A stretch of 64,000 nucleotides of DNA from NCBI GenBank assembly GCA_009838735.1, contig VXQZ01000031.1:1207-65206 (forward strand). The letters are read 5' to 3'. Of the stretch, positions 30,788 to 39,956 are shown one piece after another. The translations under genes and the position numbers were made by a program. Below the pieces are notes generated by a model, which did not search any database, was not told the origin of the DNA, and saw nothing but the letters and a program-made list of their open reading frames with translations. This DNA comes from Chloroflexota bacterium. Its GTDB lineage: Bacteria > Chloroflexota > Dehalococcoidia > Bin125. Positions within the stretch are counted from its first letter, which is position 1, and each line of letters begins with the position of its first letter.

Positions 30788-32203
30788 CTAGTCGCCGCCG
30801 CCCAGCCGCTCCTCTACCACGCTCCGTTGCGGGGCCGGACGCGCCGCCAGGACCACGGGCCGCAGTGCAGCGGAGGCCGTGGCCGCCGCTTGCCGAGCCG
30901 CCGCCTGTACCACCCTGCGTCCCTCTTCGACAAGCTCGCCGTTGCGAATCACTGACCGGATCCCCGGGAGGACCAACGCGATCAGCATGATCGCGGCGAA
31001 GATAAAGCCGGGCGCAACCAACAGCAGACGAATGCTGATGTAATCCGCCGCCAGCCCATTGACCAGGATCATCACTGCCATGATCCCACCCGCGAACATC
31101 ATGTAGAGGCTCATCACGCGACCGCGCACGGCGTCGGGCAGAACAGCCTGGATCATGGCGCTGGTCAGGACCATAAACATCGCCTGACTCGCCCCCGCAA
31201 TCACGCTTCCGATTAACGCCATCAGCAACGAATCCACTACTCCGACCCAGACCAGGGAAAGCCCGGAAACGATCCCCGCGACGATGAATACGCGCCCGCG
31301 GATCGCGCCAATCGGCAACATCGACAGTCCCACCGACGAAATCAACGCTCCGCTGCCGAGCGCCATCAGCAGGTATCCGTACTCCGACTGTCCGCCGCCC
31401 AGGATCAGGTCTGCGTAGGCCGGCAACAGCGAGAAGTCGAAGGCCATCGTGAACATGCAGTGCAACGAGACCATAATGATCATCAACCGCACCGACGGCG
31501 TGCGACCGAGATAGCGCAATCCATCGCGAATATGTCCGACGGTGTCGCGAAGCAGTCCGCCCGCGTGACCCGCGATGCCGCCCGTCGATCGAGTGGTCAT
31601 CCGGGTCATTTGCAGAATCGACAGCATCAGGAACAGCGCCGCCCCGACGAACACCCACTCGGCACCGAATGCCTGCAGAACCGGACCCGCAACCGGGCCA
31701 ATCACCTTGGACCCGAACTGCATCATCGAGGCCATCGTGACCGCGCTCAACAAGGCATGCAGCTTGACCGTGTTCGGCAACAGCGCCTGTAGCGCCGGCA
31801 TCTCTCCCGAGCGAATGATGCCCGAGATCAGCGTGATGGCCACCAGATTCCAGATCGTTAACTGACCGCTGAATGCCAGGAAGGCGAGTCCGAGCGCGCA
31901 CAGTGCCGCCCCGCAGCGGCAGATAATCACGATCCTGGCGCGATCGAAGCGGTCCGCCAGCGCGCCCGCGAACGGCGCCAGCACCCACGGAAAAATCGCC
32001 GCAAAGGTGACAATCCCCGTGCCCGATGGATTGCCGGTCAGCTCATAGCCCAGCCAGCCGCTGGCGACGATCATCGCCCATAGAGAAACGGAGGACAGCC
32101 CCGCCGCGTAGAACATGCGGCGGTACTCGAGGAACTGCATCGCCGGGAAGATGCGGAGCAGGAACCCTTGCGGTCTGGCCTCGACCCCGGTCTGTTGACT
32201 CAT
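30788..32203 (-). CDS. MFS transporter
   Basis: Paralogue of 29285..30724; the N-termini are almost identical (LLRIFPAMQFLEYRRMFYAAGLS...). Confidence 0.85.
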   Translation of the reverse strand: MSQQTGVEARPQGFLLRIFPAMQFLEYRRMFYAAGLSSVSLWAMIVASGWLGYELTGNPSGTGIVTFAAIFPWVLAPFAGALADRFDRARIVIICRCGAALCALGLAFLAFSGQLTIWNLVAITLISGIIRSGEMPALQALLPNTVKLHALLSAVTMASMMQFGSKVIGPVAGPVLQAFGAEWVFVGAALFLMLSILQMTRMTTRSTGGIAGHAGGLLRDTVGHIRDGLRYLGRTPSVRLMIIMVSLHCMFTMAFDFSLLPAYADLILGGGQSEYGYLLMALGSGALISSVGLSMLPIGAIRGRVFIVAGIVSGLSLVWVGVVDSLLMALIGSVIAGASQAMFMVLTSAMIQAVLPDAVRGRVMSLYMMFAGGIMAVMILVNGLAADYISIRLLLVAPGFIFAAIMLIALVLPGIRSVIRNGELVEEGRRVVQAAARQAAATASAALRPVVLAARPAPQRSVVEERLGGGD

Positions 32204-32282
32204 CCGCGCAGCCCTCGCTCAATGCTCCGCATGTTACGGCCTCTCGCACCGTCGTGACTAGCCGCTGCTCGACCTACAGCTA

Positions 32283-32299
32283 CGCTATCGGCGATAGCG
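32283..32299. promoter_or_regulatory. perfect 8-1-8 palindrome CGCTATCG-G-CGATAGCG about 30 bp upstream of ilvD
   Basis: Seen directly. Located in the divergent MFS/ilvD intergenic region. Candidate transcription-factor operator. Confidence 0.35.
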
Positions 32300-32329
32300 C
32301 AGTCCACCCCATCCAGAGCAGGCAGTCAC

Positions 32330-34012
32330 ATGACCTCGCAGAACCACCTCCGCGAACGCTCCAGCGTCCTCGTCGACGGCCCCAGTCGCGCCGCCGCCCG
32401 ATCTCAGTTGTACTCCGTCGGTTTCGACGACGAGGCCCTTGCCAAACCGTTGGTCATGGTCGCCCATAACTGGATCGGCACCATGCCCTGCAATTTCTCC
32501 CACCGCGAGCTCGCGCAGGACGTCATGCGCGGCATCCGCGAGGCCGGCGGCACCCCGATGGAAGTCAATACCGTCTCCATCTCCGATGGCATCACAATGG
32601 GCACTGAAGGCATGAAGGCCTCGCTCATTTCCCGCGAGATCATCACCGACTCAATCGAGCTCTGCGCCGTCGGTTACGCCTTCGACGCCGCCGTCGTCAT
32701 CTGCGGCTGCGACAAGACCATCCCCGCCGCCGCCATGGCCATGGCGCGGATTAACATCCCTTCGGTGGCGCTCTACTCCGGCTCCATCGCTCCCGGACGC
32801 CACCACGACGGCCGCGACCTCACGATCCAGGATGTCTTCGAAGCCGTTGGCCAGCACTCGGCCGGCACCATCGACGACGATGAACTCCACCAGGTCGCGC
32901 TCAACGCCTGTCCTGGCGCCGGAGCCTGCGGCGCCCAGTACACCGCCAACACCATGGCCACCACGCTCGAGTTCCTCGGCCTCTCGCCGATGGGCTCGGC
33001 CACCGTCGGCGCCACCGACCCGCGCAAGCACAACGTCGGCGAGGCCGCCGGACAGCTCGTCATGGACGTCCTCCGCCGCGGCGTCAAGCCGCGCGACATC
33101 CTCACCCGCGAAGCGTTCGAGAACGGCATCGCCTGCGCCGCGTCCACCGGCGGCTCGACCAACGTTGTGCTTCACCTGCTCGCCCTCGCCCGCGAGGCCG
33201 GCGTCGAACTCAGCATCGACGATTTCGACGAAATCTCGGAGCGCACCCCGTTAATCGGAGACCTCCGACCCGGCGGCCGCTATGTCGCGCTCGACATGGA
33301 CCGCGCCGGCGGTACCCCGCTGCTGGCCAGGCGACTGCTCGAGGGCGGCAAGCTCCACGGCGACGCCACGACCGTCACCGGACAGACCATCGCCGAAGCC
33401 GCCGCCGATGCCCAGGAGACGCCCGGCCAGGACGTCATCCTGCCCGTCGATCAGGCGCTCAAGGAGACCGGCGGCCTCGTCATTCTCAAGGGCTCGCTCG
33501 CCCCGGATGGCTGCGTCGTCAAGGTTGCCGGCTACGAGCGACAGCTCCAGACCGGCACGGCCCGGGTCTTCGAGCGCGAAGAAGACGCCATGGACGCCGT
33601 CACCAGCAACCAGATCAACGCCGGCGACATCGTCGTCATCCGCTACGAGGGCCCCAAGGGCGGCCCGGGCATGCGCGAGATGCTCGGTGTCACCGCCGCC
33701 ATCGTCGGAGCCGGCTTGGGAGAGTCAGTCGCTCTGCTTACCGACGGCCGCTTCTCCGGAGCCACAAGAGGCCTGATGGCCGGCCACGTCGCCCCCGAAG
33801 CCTACGTCGGAGGCCCCATCGCCCTGGTCGAAGAAGGGGACCAGATCACCCTCGACATCGCCAACCGAGAACTCAACCTGGACGTCGACGAAGCCGAACT
33901 CGAAAGACGCCGAGCCAACTGGTCCCCCCGCCCCGCCAACTACGAAAACGGAGTCTTCGCCAAGTACGCCACCCTCGTCTCCGGAGCCGAACGCGGCGCC
34001 GTCACCAGCTAG
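32330..34012 (+). CDS. ilvD: dihydroxy-acid dehydratase
   Basis: IlvD/EDD family motifs ([11 protein letters not shown]... and the [2Fe-2S] Cys region), 560 aa. Confidence 0.9.
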   Translation: MTSQNHLRERSSVLVDGPSRAAARSQLYSVGFDDEALAKPLVMVAHNWIGTMPCNFSHRELAQDVMRGIREAGGTPMEVNTVSISDGITMGTEGMKASLISREIITDSIELCAVGYAFDAAVVICGCDKTIPAAAMAMARINIPSVALYSGSIAPGRHHDGRDLTIQDVFEAVGQHSAGTIDDDELHQVALNACPGAGACGAQYTANTMATTLEFLGLSPMGSATVGATDPRKHNVGEAAGQLVMDVLRRGVKPRDILTREAFENGIACAASTGGSTNVVLHLLALAREAGVELSIDDFDEISERTPLIGDLRPGGRYVALDMDRAGGTPLLARRLLEGGKLHGDATTVTGQTIAEAAADAQETPGQDVILPVDQALKETGGLVILKGSLAPDGCVVKVAGYERQLQTGTARVFEREEDAMDAVTSNQINAGDIVVIRYEGPKGGPGMREMLGVTAAIVGAGLGESVALLTDGRFSGATRGLMAGHVAPEAYVGGPIALVEEGDQITLDIANRELNLDVDEAELERRRANWSPRPANYENGVFAKYATLVSGAERGAVTS

Positions 34013-34025
34013 CTAGGAGAGAAAA

Positions 34026-35465
34026 GTGGTCCTCATAAGGCAGGTCACTCTAGAGAACTTTCGCTGCTTTCAGGAGAAGCAGAGCGTTAACCTTGCGCCG
34101 TTAACTCTCTTGATCGGAGAAAACAGTACGGGAAAGACATCGTTTCTTGCCCTCCTTCGGGCTTTGTCAGAATTCGTGTTTGCAGGAAGAGCCCCTAACT
34201 TTCGTGAACCGTTTGATCTCGGTAGCTTTGAGCAAGTAGCCCACTATCGAGGGGGCTCGGCTACTCGAAACAGGTCATTTCGATTGGGCCTTGAGGCCAA
34301 GGCGAGCGGTGCAGTCTTCCCATTAGTAAGTGAGTCGGAACAGGATTTTGAAGTCCAAGTAGACATCACGTTTGAACGAGATTCGCGAGGGAGTGAGCCG
34401 ACTCCTGTTGAGCAGCAGATTGCTGTTGGAGAGTCTTGGCTGCATGAGCGAACTGCTACGAGAGATCGTGGGTACGATCTTCGCATCGGAACCGAAAGGG
34501 GCACTTGGAAGCTTTCGGGAGAAGCCGGAGAGGGACATCCGAACAATCTTGGAGCCTTTCGATTCTATTCGATGCCAAGGGCACTGCAGGATGCTCTTCC
34601 TGGTGACGAGACAGACATGCCTCGCCTTGTTCCCGTGGGGCAGTCGTCCGATTTTGACGATGTGGACCGGAAGGAAATCAACATCCTGGCTCGATTTGGG
34701 ATCTATAATCCGCAATTGTTGTACTCCACTTTCGCGGGCTTTGCACAGAGTCAAGTCTTTGCCAGTGGCCCAGTGCAGTCCCGGCCCCAAAGGACCTACG
34801 AGCCAGGTACGTGGGAGCGCGAGCCGCATGGCAATCACGTGCCTAGGAGATTCGCGGAGATGTCACTGTTCCAGCCTGACGAGTGGAGAGCGATCAAAAC
34901 GCAGTTGGAGACGTTCGGCAGAGCGTCGGGCCTATTCGATGAGATTCGCATCCAGCCCATGATGCCGTCAAGGAGTCGGCGAGCTACTGGAAGCGATCCA
35001 TTCCAACTTCAGGTTCGAAAAGGCTCGGGACGATTCAAGGGCATTCATCGCAACATCATAGACGTCGGCTATGGTGTCAGCCAAGTTCTTCCGATCTTGT
35101 CCGAAGTTGTGGCGGCGTCGGAACCTACAGACCTGTTTCTCTGTCAGCAGCCGGAAGTCCATTTGCATCCATCAGCGCAGGCTGAGTTAGGGTCGCTCTT
35201 CTGCGCTGTAGCGTCTGCAGACTTCCAAGTAGTGGTCGAAACCCACAGTGACCACCTATTGGACCGAATTCGCATGGACGTACGGGATGAGAGAACGGGG
35301 TTGTCGTCTAGCGATGTTCGGATTCTCTATTTCGAGAGGCGTGGATTGGATGTGAAAATTCACGAACTGACGTGGGACGAACACGGAAACATTGAGAACG
35401 CACCATCCAGTTACCGAAGATTTTTTCTGGAGGAGGTGGAGAGGTCAATATGGCCCCCCGAGTAG
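34026..35465 (+). CDS. ABC/SMC-like ATPase of the AAA_15/AAA_21 type (OLD/PtuA/AriA-like ATPase without a fused nuclease)
   Basis: N-terminal Walker A (LLIGENSTGKTSFL) right after a beta-hairpin start (IRQVTLENFRCF). C-terminal signature-like (VGYGVSQVLPIL), Walker-B-region (DLFLCQQPEVHLHP) and H-loop (VVETHSDHLL) elements. GTG start with an AGGAGAG RBS. GC is roughly 15 points below the flanks. Confidence 0.75.
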   Translation: MVLIRQVTLENFRCFQEKQSVNLAPLTLLIGENSTGKTSFLALLRALSEFVFAGRAPNFREPFDLGSFEQVAHYRGGSATRNRSFRLGLEAKASGAVFPLVSESEQDFEVQVDITFERDSRGSEPTPVEQQIAVGESWLHERTATRDRGYDLRIGTERGTWKLSGEAGEGHPNNLGAFRFYSMPRALQDALPGDETDMPRLVPVGQSSDFDDVDRKEINILARFGIYNPQLLYSTFAGFAQSQVFASGPVQSRPQRTYEPGTWEREPHGNHVPRRFAEMSLFQPDEWRAIKTQLETFGRASGLFDEIRIQPMMPSRSRRATGSDPFQLQVRKGSGRFKGIHRNIIDVGYGVSQVLPILSEVVAASEPTDLFLCQQPEVHLHPSAQAELGSLFCAVASADFQVVVETHSDHLLDRIRMDVRDERTGLSSSDVRILYFERRGLDVKIHELTWDEHGNIENAPSSYRRFFLEEVERSIWPPE

Positions 35466-35932
35466 GATGTGCAATTCTCGACGCTGACTGTGCGGCCGAA
35501 GTTTTCGGCCGGGATACGTCTGAAGCCGGTGAGGAGTTTCGACGTTGGGTTATTGGTGGGAGAGGGCGTTTGGTGTACGGTGCCGGTTTGAGAGAAGAAT
35601 TGAATGAGCTATCAGGATTTACCCAATGGGCGGCCTCTCGTCCTCCCAATCTGCGCTATTGTGGAGGCTCAGCGTTGAAAGTAGCGAAGGCGGATCTGGA
35701 CTCCCAACGATTGCCGAACGGTCCGATTAGGTCAAACGACACGCATGTCTTAGCAATCGCGAAGGTAAGCGGTGCAAGGCTGCTCTATACGAGGGACAAG
35801 AAGCTTCGATCTGACTTTGCTAACCAGAATGTGGTGTCCTCTCCGCAGGGCCAGTTGTACAATGAGGGAGCGAAAGATAAGTTCACTGCAGAACACCGTG
35901 TGCGATTGCTGCACGCGGAGCCGTGTGACTAG
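35450..35932 (+). CDS. PIN-domain (VapC-like) nuclease, 160 aa, translationally coupled to the upstream ATPase
   Basis: N-terminal AILDAD strand, a central acidic helix (LREELNE) and the classic C-terminal PIN motif DTHVLAIAKVSGARLLYTRDKKLRSDF. The ATG overlaps the ATPase stop by 16 nt. Low GC, like the ATPase gene. Confidence 0.65.
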   Translation: MAPRVGCAILDADCAAEVFGRDTSEAGEEFRRWVIGGRGRLVYGAGLREELNELSGFTQWAASRPPNLRYCGGSALKVAKADLDSQRLPNGPIRSNDTHVLAIAKVSGARLLYTRDKKLRSDFANQNVVSSPQGQLYNEGAKDKFTAEHRVRLLHAEPCD

Positions 35933-35940
35933 CATGTCAG

Positions 35941-36534
35941 TCACCAACCCCGTCGTCGCCGTCGTCGCCGCCGCCGCCCACCCGAACTCGACGCCGACGC
36001 CTTCAACATCGCGACCAACACCGCACCGACCAACTTGAACACACCGCCAATCAGAATCACCCACGGGGACTCCGCCGCCTCGCGACGTTGCCGCTGCTCG
36101 GCACGCTTCGCCCGTCGATGATCCCACGGCTTGACAGATCCCTGCTGTCCCCAGACCCCCGCCCGCTCGCGCCTGGCATAGCGCTCGGAGTCGTCGAAGC
36201 CAAGCTCCGCCCCGCCGTACTCCCGGTACCAGTACGCCAGCCCCGACTCCACCATCGCGTGATTGGCTGAATCCCGAACCGATCCGCCCTCTGGATACAG
36301 AACGCCAACCAGCCGCTGATAACGATCGACATCCACTACCCGCAACCGCCACTCTCGACGACTCCGAACCACCCGTCGTAAATGGTCATGCGAATCACGC
36401 CCCGCCCTCTGATCCTTCTCCCGCGCGTCGATGCCGTACATCCGCACCGAATACTCGTCCCCGTCGGGCAGTTGCACCCTGACCGAGTCGCCGTCAATCA
36501 CTCGCACCACGTGGACCGCATAGTCATCAGCCAT
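35941..36534 (-). CDS. thermonuclease (SNase-like) family protein with C-terminal TM anchor and poly-Arg tail
   Basis: SNase motifs (VIDGDSVRV...VRMYGIDAREKDQ...GRDS). The C-terminal hydrophobic helix (VILIGGVFKLVGAVLVAML) is followed by GGRRRRRRRRRGW. Confidence 0.65.
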   Translation of the reverse strand: MADDYAVHVVRVIDGDSVRVQLPDGDEYSVRMYGIDAREKDQRAGRDSHDHLRRVVRSRREWRLRVVDVDRYQRLVGVLYPEGGSVRDSANHAMVESGLAYWYREYGGAELGFDDSERYARRERAGVWGQQGSVKPWDHRRAKRAEQRQRREAAESPWVILIGGVFKLVGAVLVAMLKASASSSGGRRRRRRRRRGW

Positions 36535-36566
36535 TCCCGGAGGATACCTGCGGTAACATCGCCGCC

Positions 36567-37364
36567 ATGACTCGACTACAAATCTCCCCCGACCTCTCCC
36601 TCGATGTCGCCGATCAGGGCGACGGACCGCTCGTCATCCTGATCGCCGGCGGCATGATGGACATGGACCAGTGGGAGCTCGTCGCCGACGCCCTGTCAGA
36701 CGCCTACCGAGTCGTCCGCTACGACCAGCGCGGCATCGGCGAGTCCGACCAGCCGACCGAGGGCTACACGGTCGACCAGTTTGCCGAGGACGCCGTCAAC
36801 CTGATCAAGGCGCTCGATTCCGGTCCGGCCGTCCTGATCGGTAACTCGCTCGGCGGGACCGTCGCGCTGGGCGCCGCGTTCCTGGAGCCTGGGCTCGTCC
36901 GTGGGATCGTCACCTGCGCGACCAACGCTGGATCGACCGGTCCGCCCACGCCCCCTGAGACCATGCAACACATGATGCGCGGGGCACAGCTCCCCGTCCC
37001 TCAGGCCGCCGCAGCGATGATGGACATCCTCTTCGCGACCGACTTCATCGACGAGCACCCTCACATGCTCGACGAAGCCGTCGAGAAGCGAAGCAAGGGC
37101 GCCCCGATGATCGCCACCCTCGGCCCGCTCCAGTCCGTCCTGACATTCGACCCCATCGAACGTCTCAAGACGCTCAACATCCCCATGCTCGTCCTCCACG
37201 GAGAAGAAGACGTCCTCGTCCCCCCCGACCACGCCCAACTCCTCGCCGAAGCCGCCGGCACCGAGCCAATCCTCATCCCAAACGCCGGCCACGCCCTCGT
37301 CGTTGAGCAATCGGATGCGGTCGCGCAAAATCTGACCACATTCCTCTCGGAACTCAACGAGTAG
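36567..37364 (+). CDS. alpha/beta hydrolase fold protein
   Basis: GNSLGG nucleophile elbow and HGEEDVLVP ... H near the C-terminus. 265 aa. Confidence 0.8.
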   Translation: MTRLQISPDLSLDVADQGDGPLVILIAGGMMDMDQWELVADALSDAYRVVRYDQRGIGESDQPTEGYTVDQFAEDAVNLIKALDSGPAVLIGNSLGGTVALGAAFLEPGLVRGIVTCATNAGSTGPPTPPETMQHMMRGAQLPVPQAAAAMMDILFATDFIDEHPHMLDEAVEKRSKGAPMIATLGPLQSVLTFDPIERLKTLNIPMLVLHGEEDVLVPPDHAQLLAEAAGTEPILIPNAGHALVVEQSDAVAQNLTTFLSELNE

Positions 37365-37387
37365 GAGTGTCCCACGGTCGCCCCTTC

Positions 37388-37430
37388 TGATCCCCTCTCC
37401 CTCTGAGAGAGGGTGAGGGCCCCCGCGAAC
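37388..37430. repeat. GC-rich hairpin element (family member A) after the alpha/beta-hydrolase stop
   Basis: tcccctctccctctgagagagggtgagggcccccgcgaa. Shares CCCCTC..GAGAGGGT(G/T)AGGG and CCGCGAA with 42572 and 57497. Confidence 0.5.
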
Positions 37431-37437
37431 AGATCTC

Positions 37438-38871
37438 CTATACCTCCAACTCCGGACGCTGCAGCACCCAATCCGTCGACTGCTCATACGCATGAGCCAC
37501 CCGACACACCGTCGCCTCGTCAAAGTGCCGCCCGCCGATCATCAGGCCGATCGGCATCCCGTCGCGGTCGTACCCGCAGGGAATCGAGATCGCCGGAATC
37601 CCGGTCACGTCATACGGCGCGGTCAACCGTGCCAGCTCCGCCGTCGGATCGCCATCCTCGATCAACGGCGCTGTCCGAGAGCATGTCGGCGAGATCAACA
37701 CATCCACGTCCTGCAGCACTTCGACCGTCTCGTCGATGAATTTGCGACGCAGCCGCTGGTCGTTGATGTAATCCACGGCCGTCACCGACAGCCCGGCCTC
37801 CACCCGCTCGAGAATGTCGCCGTATTCGTCCCGCCGTTCGTGCAGCCACTTGGCGTGATAGGCGGCCGCCTCGGCGATAATCGTCAGTCCCCGCGGCCGG
37901 TCGGTCTGCAGCGGCATCTCCACTTCCTCGACCGTCGCCCCCATGCTTCTCAGATGATCGACCGCAATCTCGCAGTGTTCGATCACATCCTCCGCACAGC
38001 CTTGCCAGAGCATCTGACGCGGAATGCCGATTCGAATACCGTCCACGCCTTCGACCAACGTCGCCGTGCAATCGCCCACCGGCACATCGGCGCTGCCGGG
38101 ATCCTCAGCGTCGTAGCCCGCGATCGCGTTCAGCACCAGCCCGGCGTCCTCAACCGTCTTGGTCAGCGGACCGACGTGGTCCAATGTCCACGACAGCGGC
38201 AATACGCCGCGCCGCGACACTCTGCCATACGTCCCCATCAGCCCCGTGACCCCGCACACGCTGGCCGGAATCCGGATGCTACCACCCGTGTCCGAGCCCA
38301 GTGCGCCCAACGACGAACCCACCGCCACCGATGCGCCCGATCCGCCGCTGCTCCCGCCCGGCACCTTCGCCAGGTCCCACGGATTGTGGACCGCGCCGTA
38401 GTGCGGGTTCCTACTGGTCGTGCCAAACGCAAACTCGTGCAGATTCAGCTTCCCCGGCATCACCGCGCCGGCTTTCTTGAGTTTCGTGTAGACCACGGCG
38501 TCAGAGTCGGGCACGCGGTCGCGCAGGAATCCGCCGCCGCCCGTCGTCGGAATCCCTGCCGTATCGACCAGGTCCTTGAGCGCCACCGGGATCCCGTGCA
38601 ACGGACCCAGATCTTGCCCGTCCCGCAACAGATCGTCCGCCGCTGACGCCTGTTCGCGCGCCAGCTCCGCTGTCACTGTGATGTACGCATTGAGCAGCGG
38701 CTCCGTTGCTTCCAGCCTGGAAAGCACCGACTCGGTCAGCTCAACAGCAGTGACGGTTCCGTCGCGTAGCGCAACCCCCGCCTCGACGATCGAGAGGTCA
38801 TATGGCTCACGATGATCCATCTCAGTCCTCCACTCCGCCGCGCAGGTCGCCGACGTCGAAACGCAGGCCAA
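37438..38871 (-). CDS. amidase (amidase-signature family; GatA-like)
   Basis: GGSSGGSGASVA amidase signature and Ser-cisSer-Lys triad context. 477 aa. Confidence 0.85.
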   Translation of the reverse strand: MACVSTSATCAAEWRTEMDHREPYDLSIVEAGVALRDGTVTAVELTESVLSRLEATEPLLNAYITVTAELAREQASAADDLLRDGQDLGPLHGIPVALKDLVDTAGIPTTGGGGFLRDRVPDSDAVVYTKLKKAGAVMPGKLNLHEFAFGTTSRNPHYGAVHNPWDLAKVPGGSSGGSGASVAVGSSLGALGSDTGGSIRIPASVCGVTGLMGTYGRVSRRGVLPLSWTLDHVGPLTKTVEDAGLVLNAIAGYDAEDPGSADVPVGDCTATLVEGVDGIRIGIPRQMLWQGCAEDVIEHCEIAVDHLRSMGATVEEVEMPLQTDRPRGLTIIAEAAAYHAKWLHERRDEYGDILERVEAGLSVTAVDYINDQRLRRKFIDETVEVLQDVDVLISPTCSRTAPLIEDGDPTAELARLTAPYDVTGIPAISIPCGYDRDGMPIGLMIGGRHFDEATVCRVAHAYEQSTDWVLQRPELEV

Positions 38872-39148
38872 TCGCCGGCTCGGTTTCGCCCAGGTCGGGC
38901 AGCGGCCCCGTCCGCAACGCGTTTCTCAGCGTCCGCGTCACAATCGGCAGCGCGCGCTCCAGGTCCGCGTCGCTCGCAGACGCGCCGAGCGACTCGGCGA
39001 ACGCGGCCAGTGCCTCCAATGCTGAGTCGGCCATACCCGCTCCTCTCCCGCTCAAGTCTGCGCTAGATGATACGCGCGCGACCCCTATCCTGCCCTCATC
39101 CAGTCCGCATCCACAAACCCAATCACAACGCTGTAAGGAGTCCTCCCG

Positions 39149-39937
39149 ATGGCCGATGAAGTCCTGTTTGATGTGTCCGAGCGAGTCGCCACGATCACCC
39201 TCAATCGCCCCGACAAAATGAACACGATCAACAGCGCCCTCGGCTCTCAGTTGATCGAGTCGCTGGTCGAAGTCCGCAACAACGACGAGATCCGCTCGGC
39301 GGTCATCATAGGAGCCGGCGACCGCGCCTTCTGCGCCGGCGCCGATCTCACCCAGGGTGACGGACCCGCCGCCTCCGCCGGACCCGCAGGCCATTTCCCA
39401 ACCAACGCCGGCGACCGCTTCGACGAGTTCGACGCCAAGAAGCCGCTGATCGCCGCGATCAATGGCCACGCCCTCGGCGGCGGCTTCGAGATCGCCCTCG
39501 TCTGCGACCTGCGCATCGGCGCCGAGAACGCCCGCGCCCGCCTCGGCCTCCCCGAGATCACGCTCGGCTTCTTCCCGCTCGCCGGCGGACCGATGCGCCT
39601 CCCCCGCGCCATCCCCCAGGCCTACGCCAACGAGATGCTCTACCTCGGCCGCCGCCTCAGCATGGAGGAAGCGCTCCAATGGGGCGTCATCTCCCGCCTC
39701 GTCCCCCAGGACCAGCTCCTCCCAACCGCCCAGGAGATGGCAGCCCAGGTCGCCGGCTACGCACCCATCGCCGTCCGCGCCATGAAAGAACTGATCAACG
39801 CCCAGGGAGACATGACCCTCGCCCAGGCCAACCGCTTCGGTGGCTCCCTCCGCTGGATCGTCGGTCAAACAGCCGACTCCAAAGAAGGCCCCCGAGCCTT
39901 CGCCGAAGGCCGCCAACCCGAGTTCAAGGGCGAATGA
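39149..39937 (+). CDS. enoyl-CoA hydratase/isomerase family protein
   Basis: ITLNRPDKMN, FCAGADL, GHALGGGFEIALVCDLRIG and C-terminal FAEGRQPEFKG. Confidence 0.85.
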   Translation: MADEVLFDVSERVATITLNRPDKMNTINSALGSQLIESLVEVRNNDEIRSAVIIGAGDRAFCAGADLTQGDGPAASAGPAGHFPTNAGDRFDEFDAKKPLIAAINGHALGGGFEIALVCDLRIGAENARARLGLPEITLGFFPLAGGPMRLPRAIPQAYANEMLYLGRRLSMEEALQWGVISRLVPQDQLLPTAQEMAAQVAGYAPIAVRAMKELINAQGDMTLAQANRFGGSLRWIVGQTADSKEGPRAFAEGRQPEFKGE

Positions 39938-39956
39938 TCACGACAGGACCCGTCCC

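Noticed and set aside
34001-35946. 7-bp direct repeat GTCACCA at both edges of the low-GC island (34001 and 35940), as a possible target-site duplication
   Set aside because: A 7-mer is expected by chance about once per 16 kb per strand. No integrase, transposase or inverted terminal repeats were found, so it cannot support a mobility mechanism on its own.
38822-39916. 364-aa minus-strand ORF
   Set aside because: Antisense to the enoyl-CoA hydratase at 39149..39937 with a low-complexity translation. The 38872..39148 portion is the divergent promoter region between the amidase and the crotonase.
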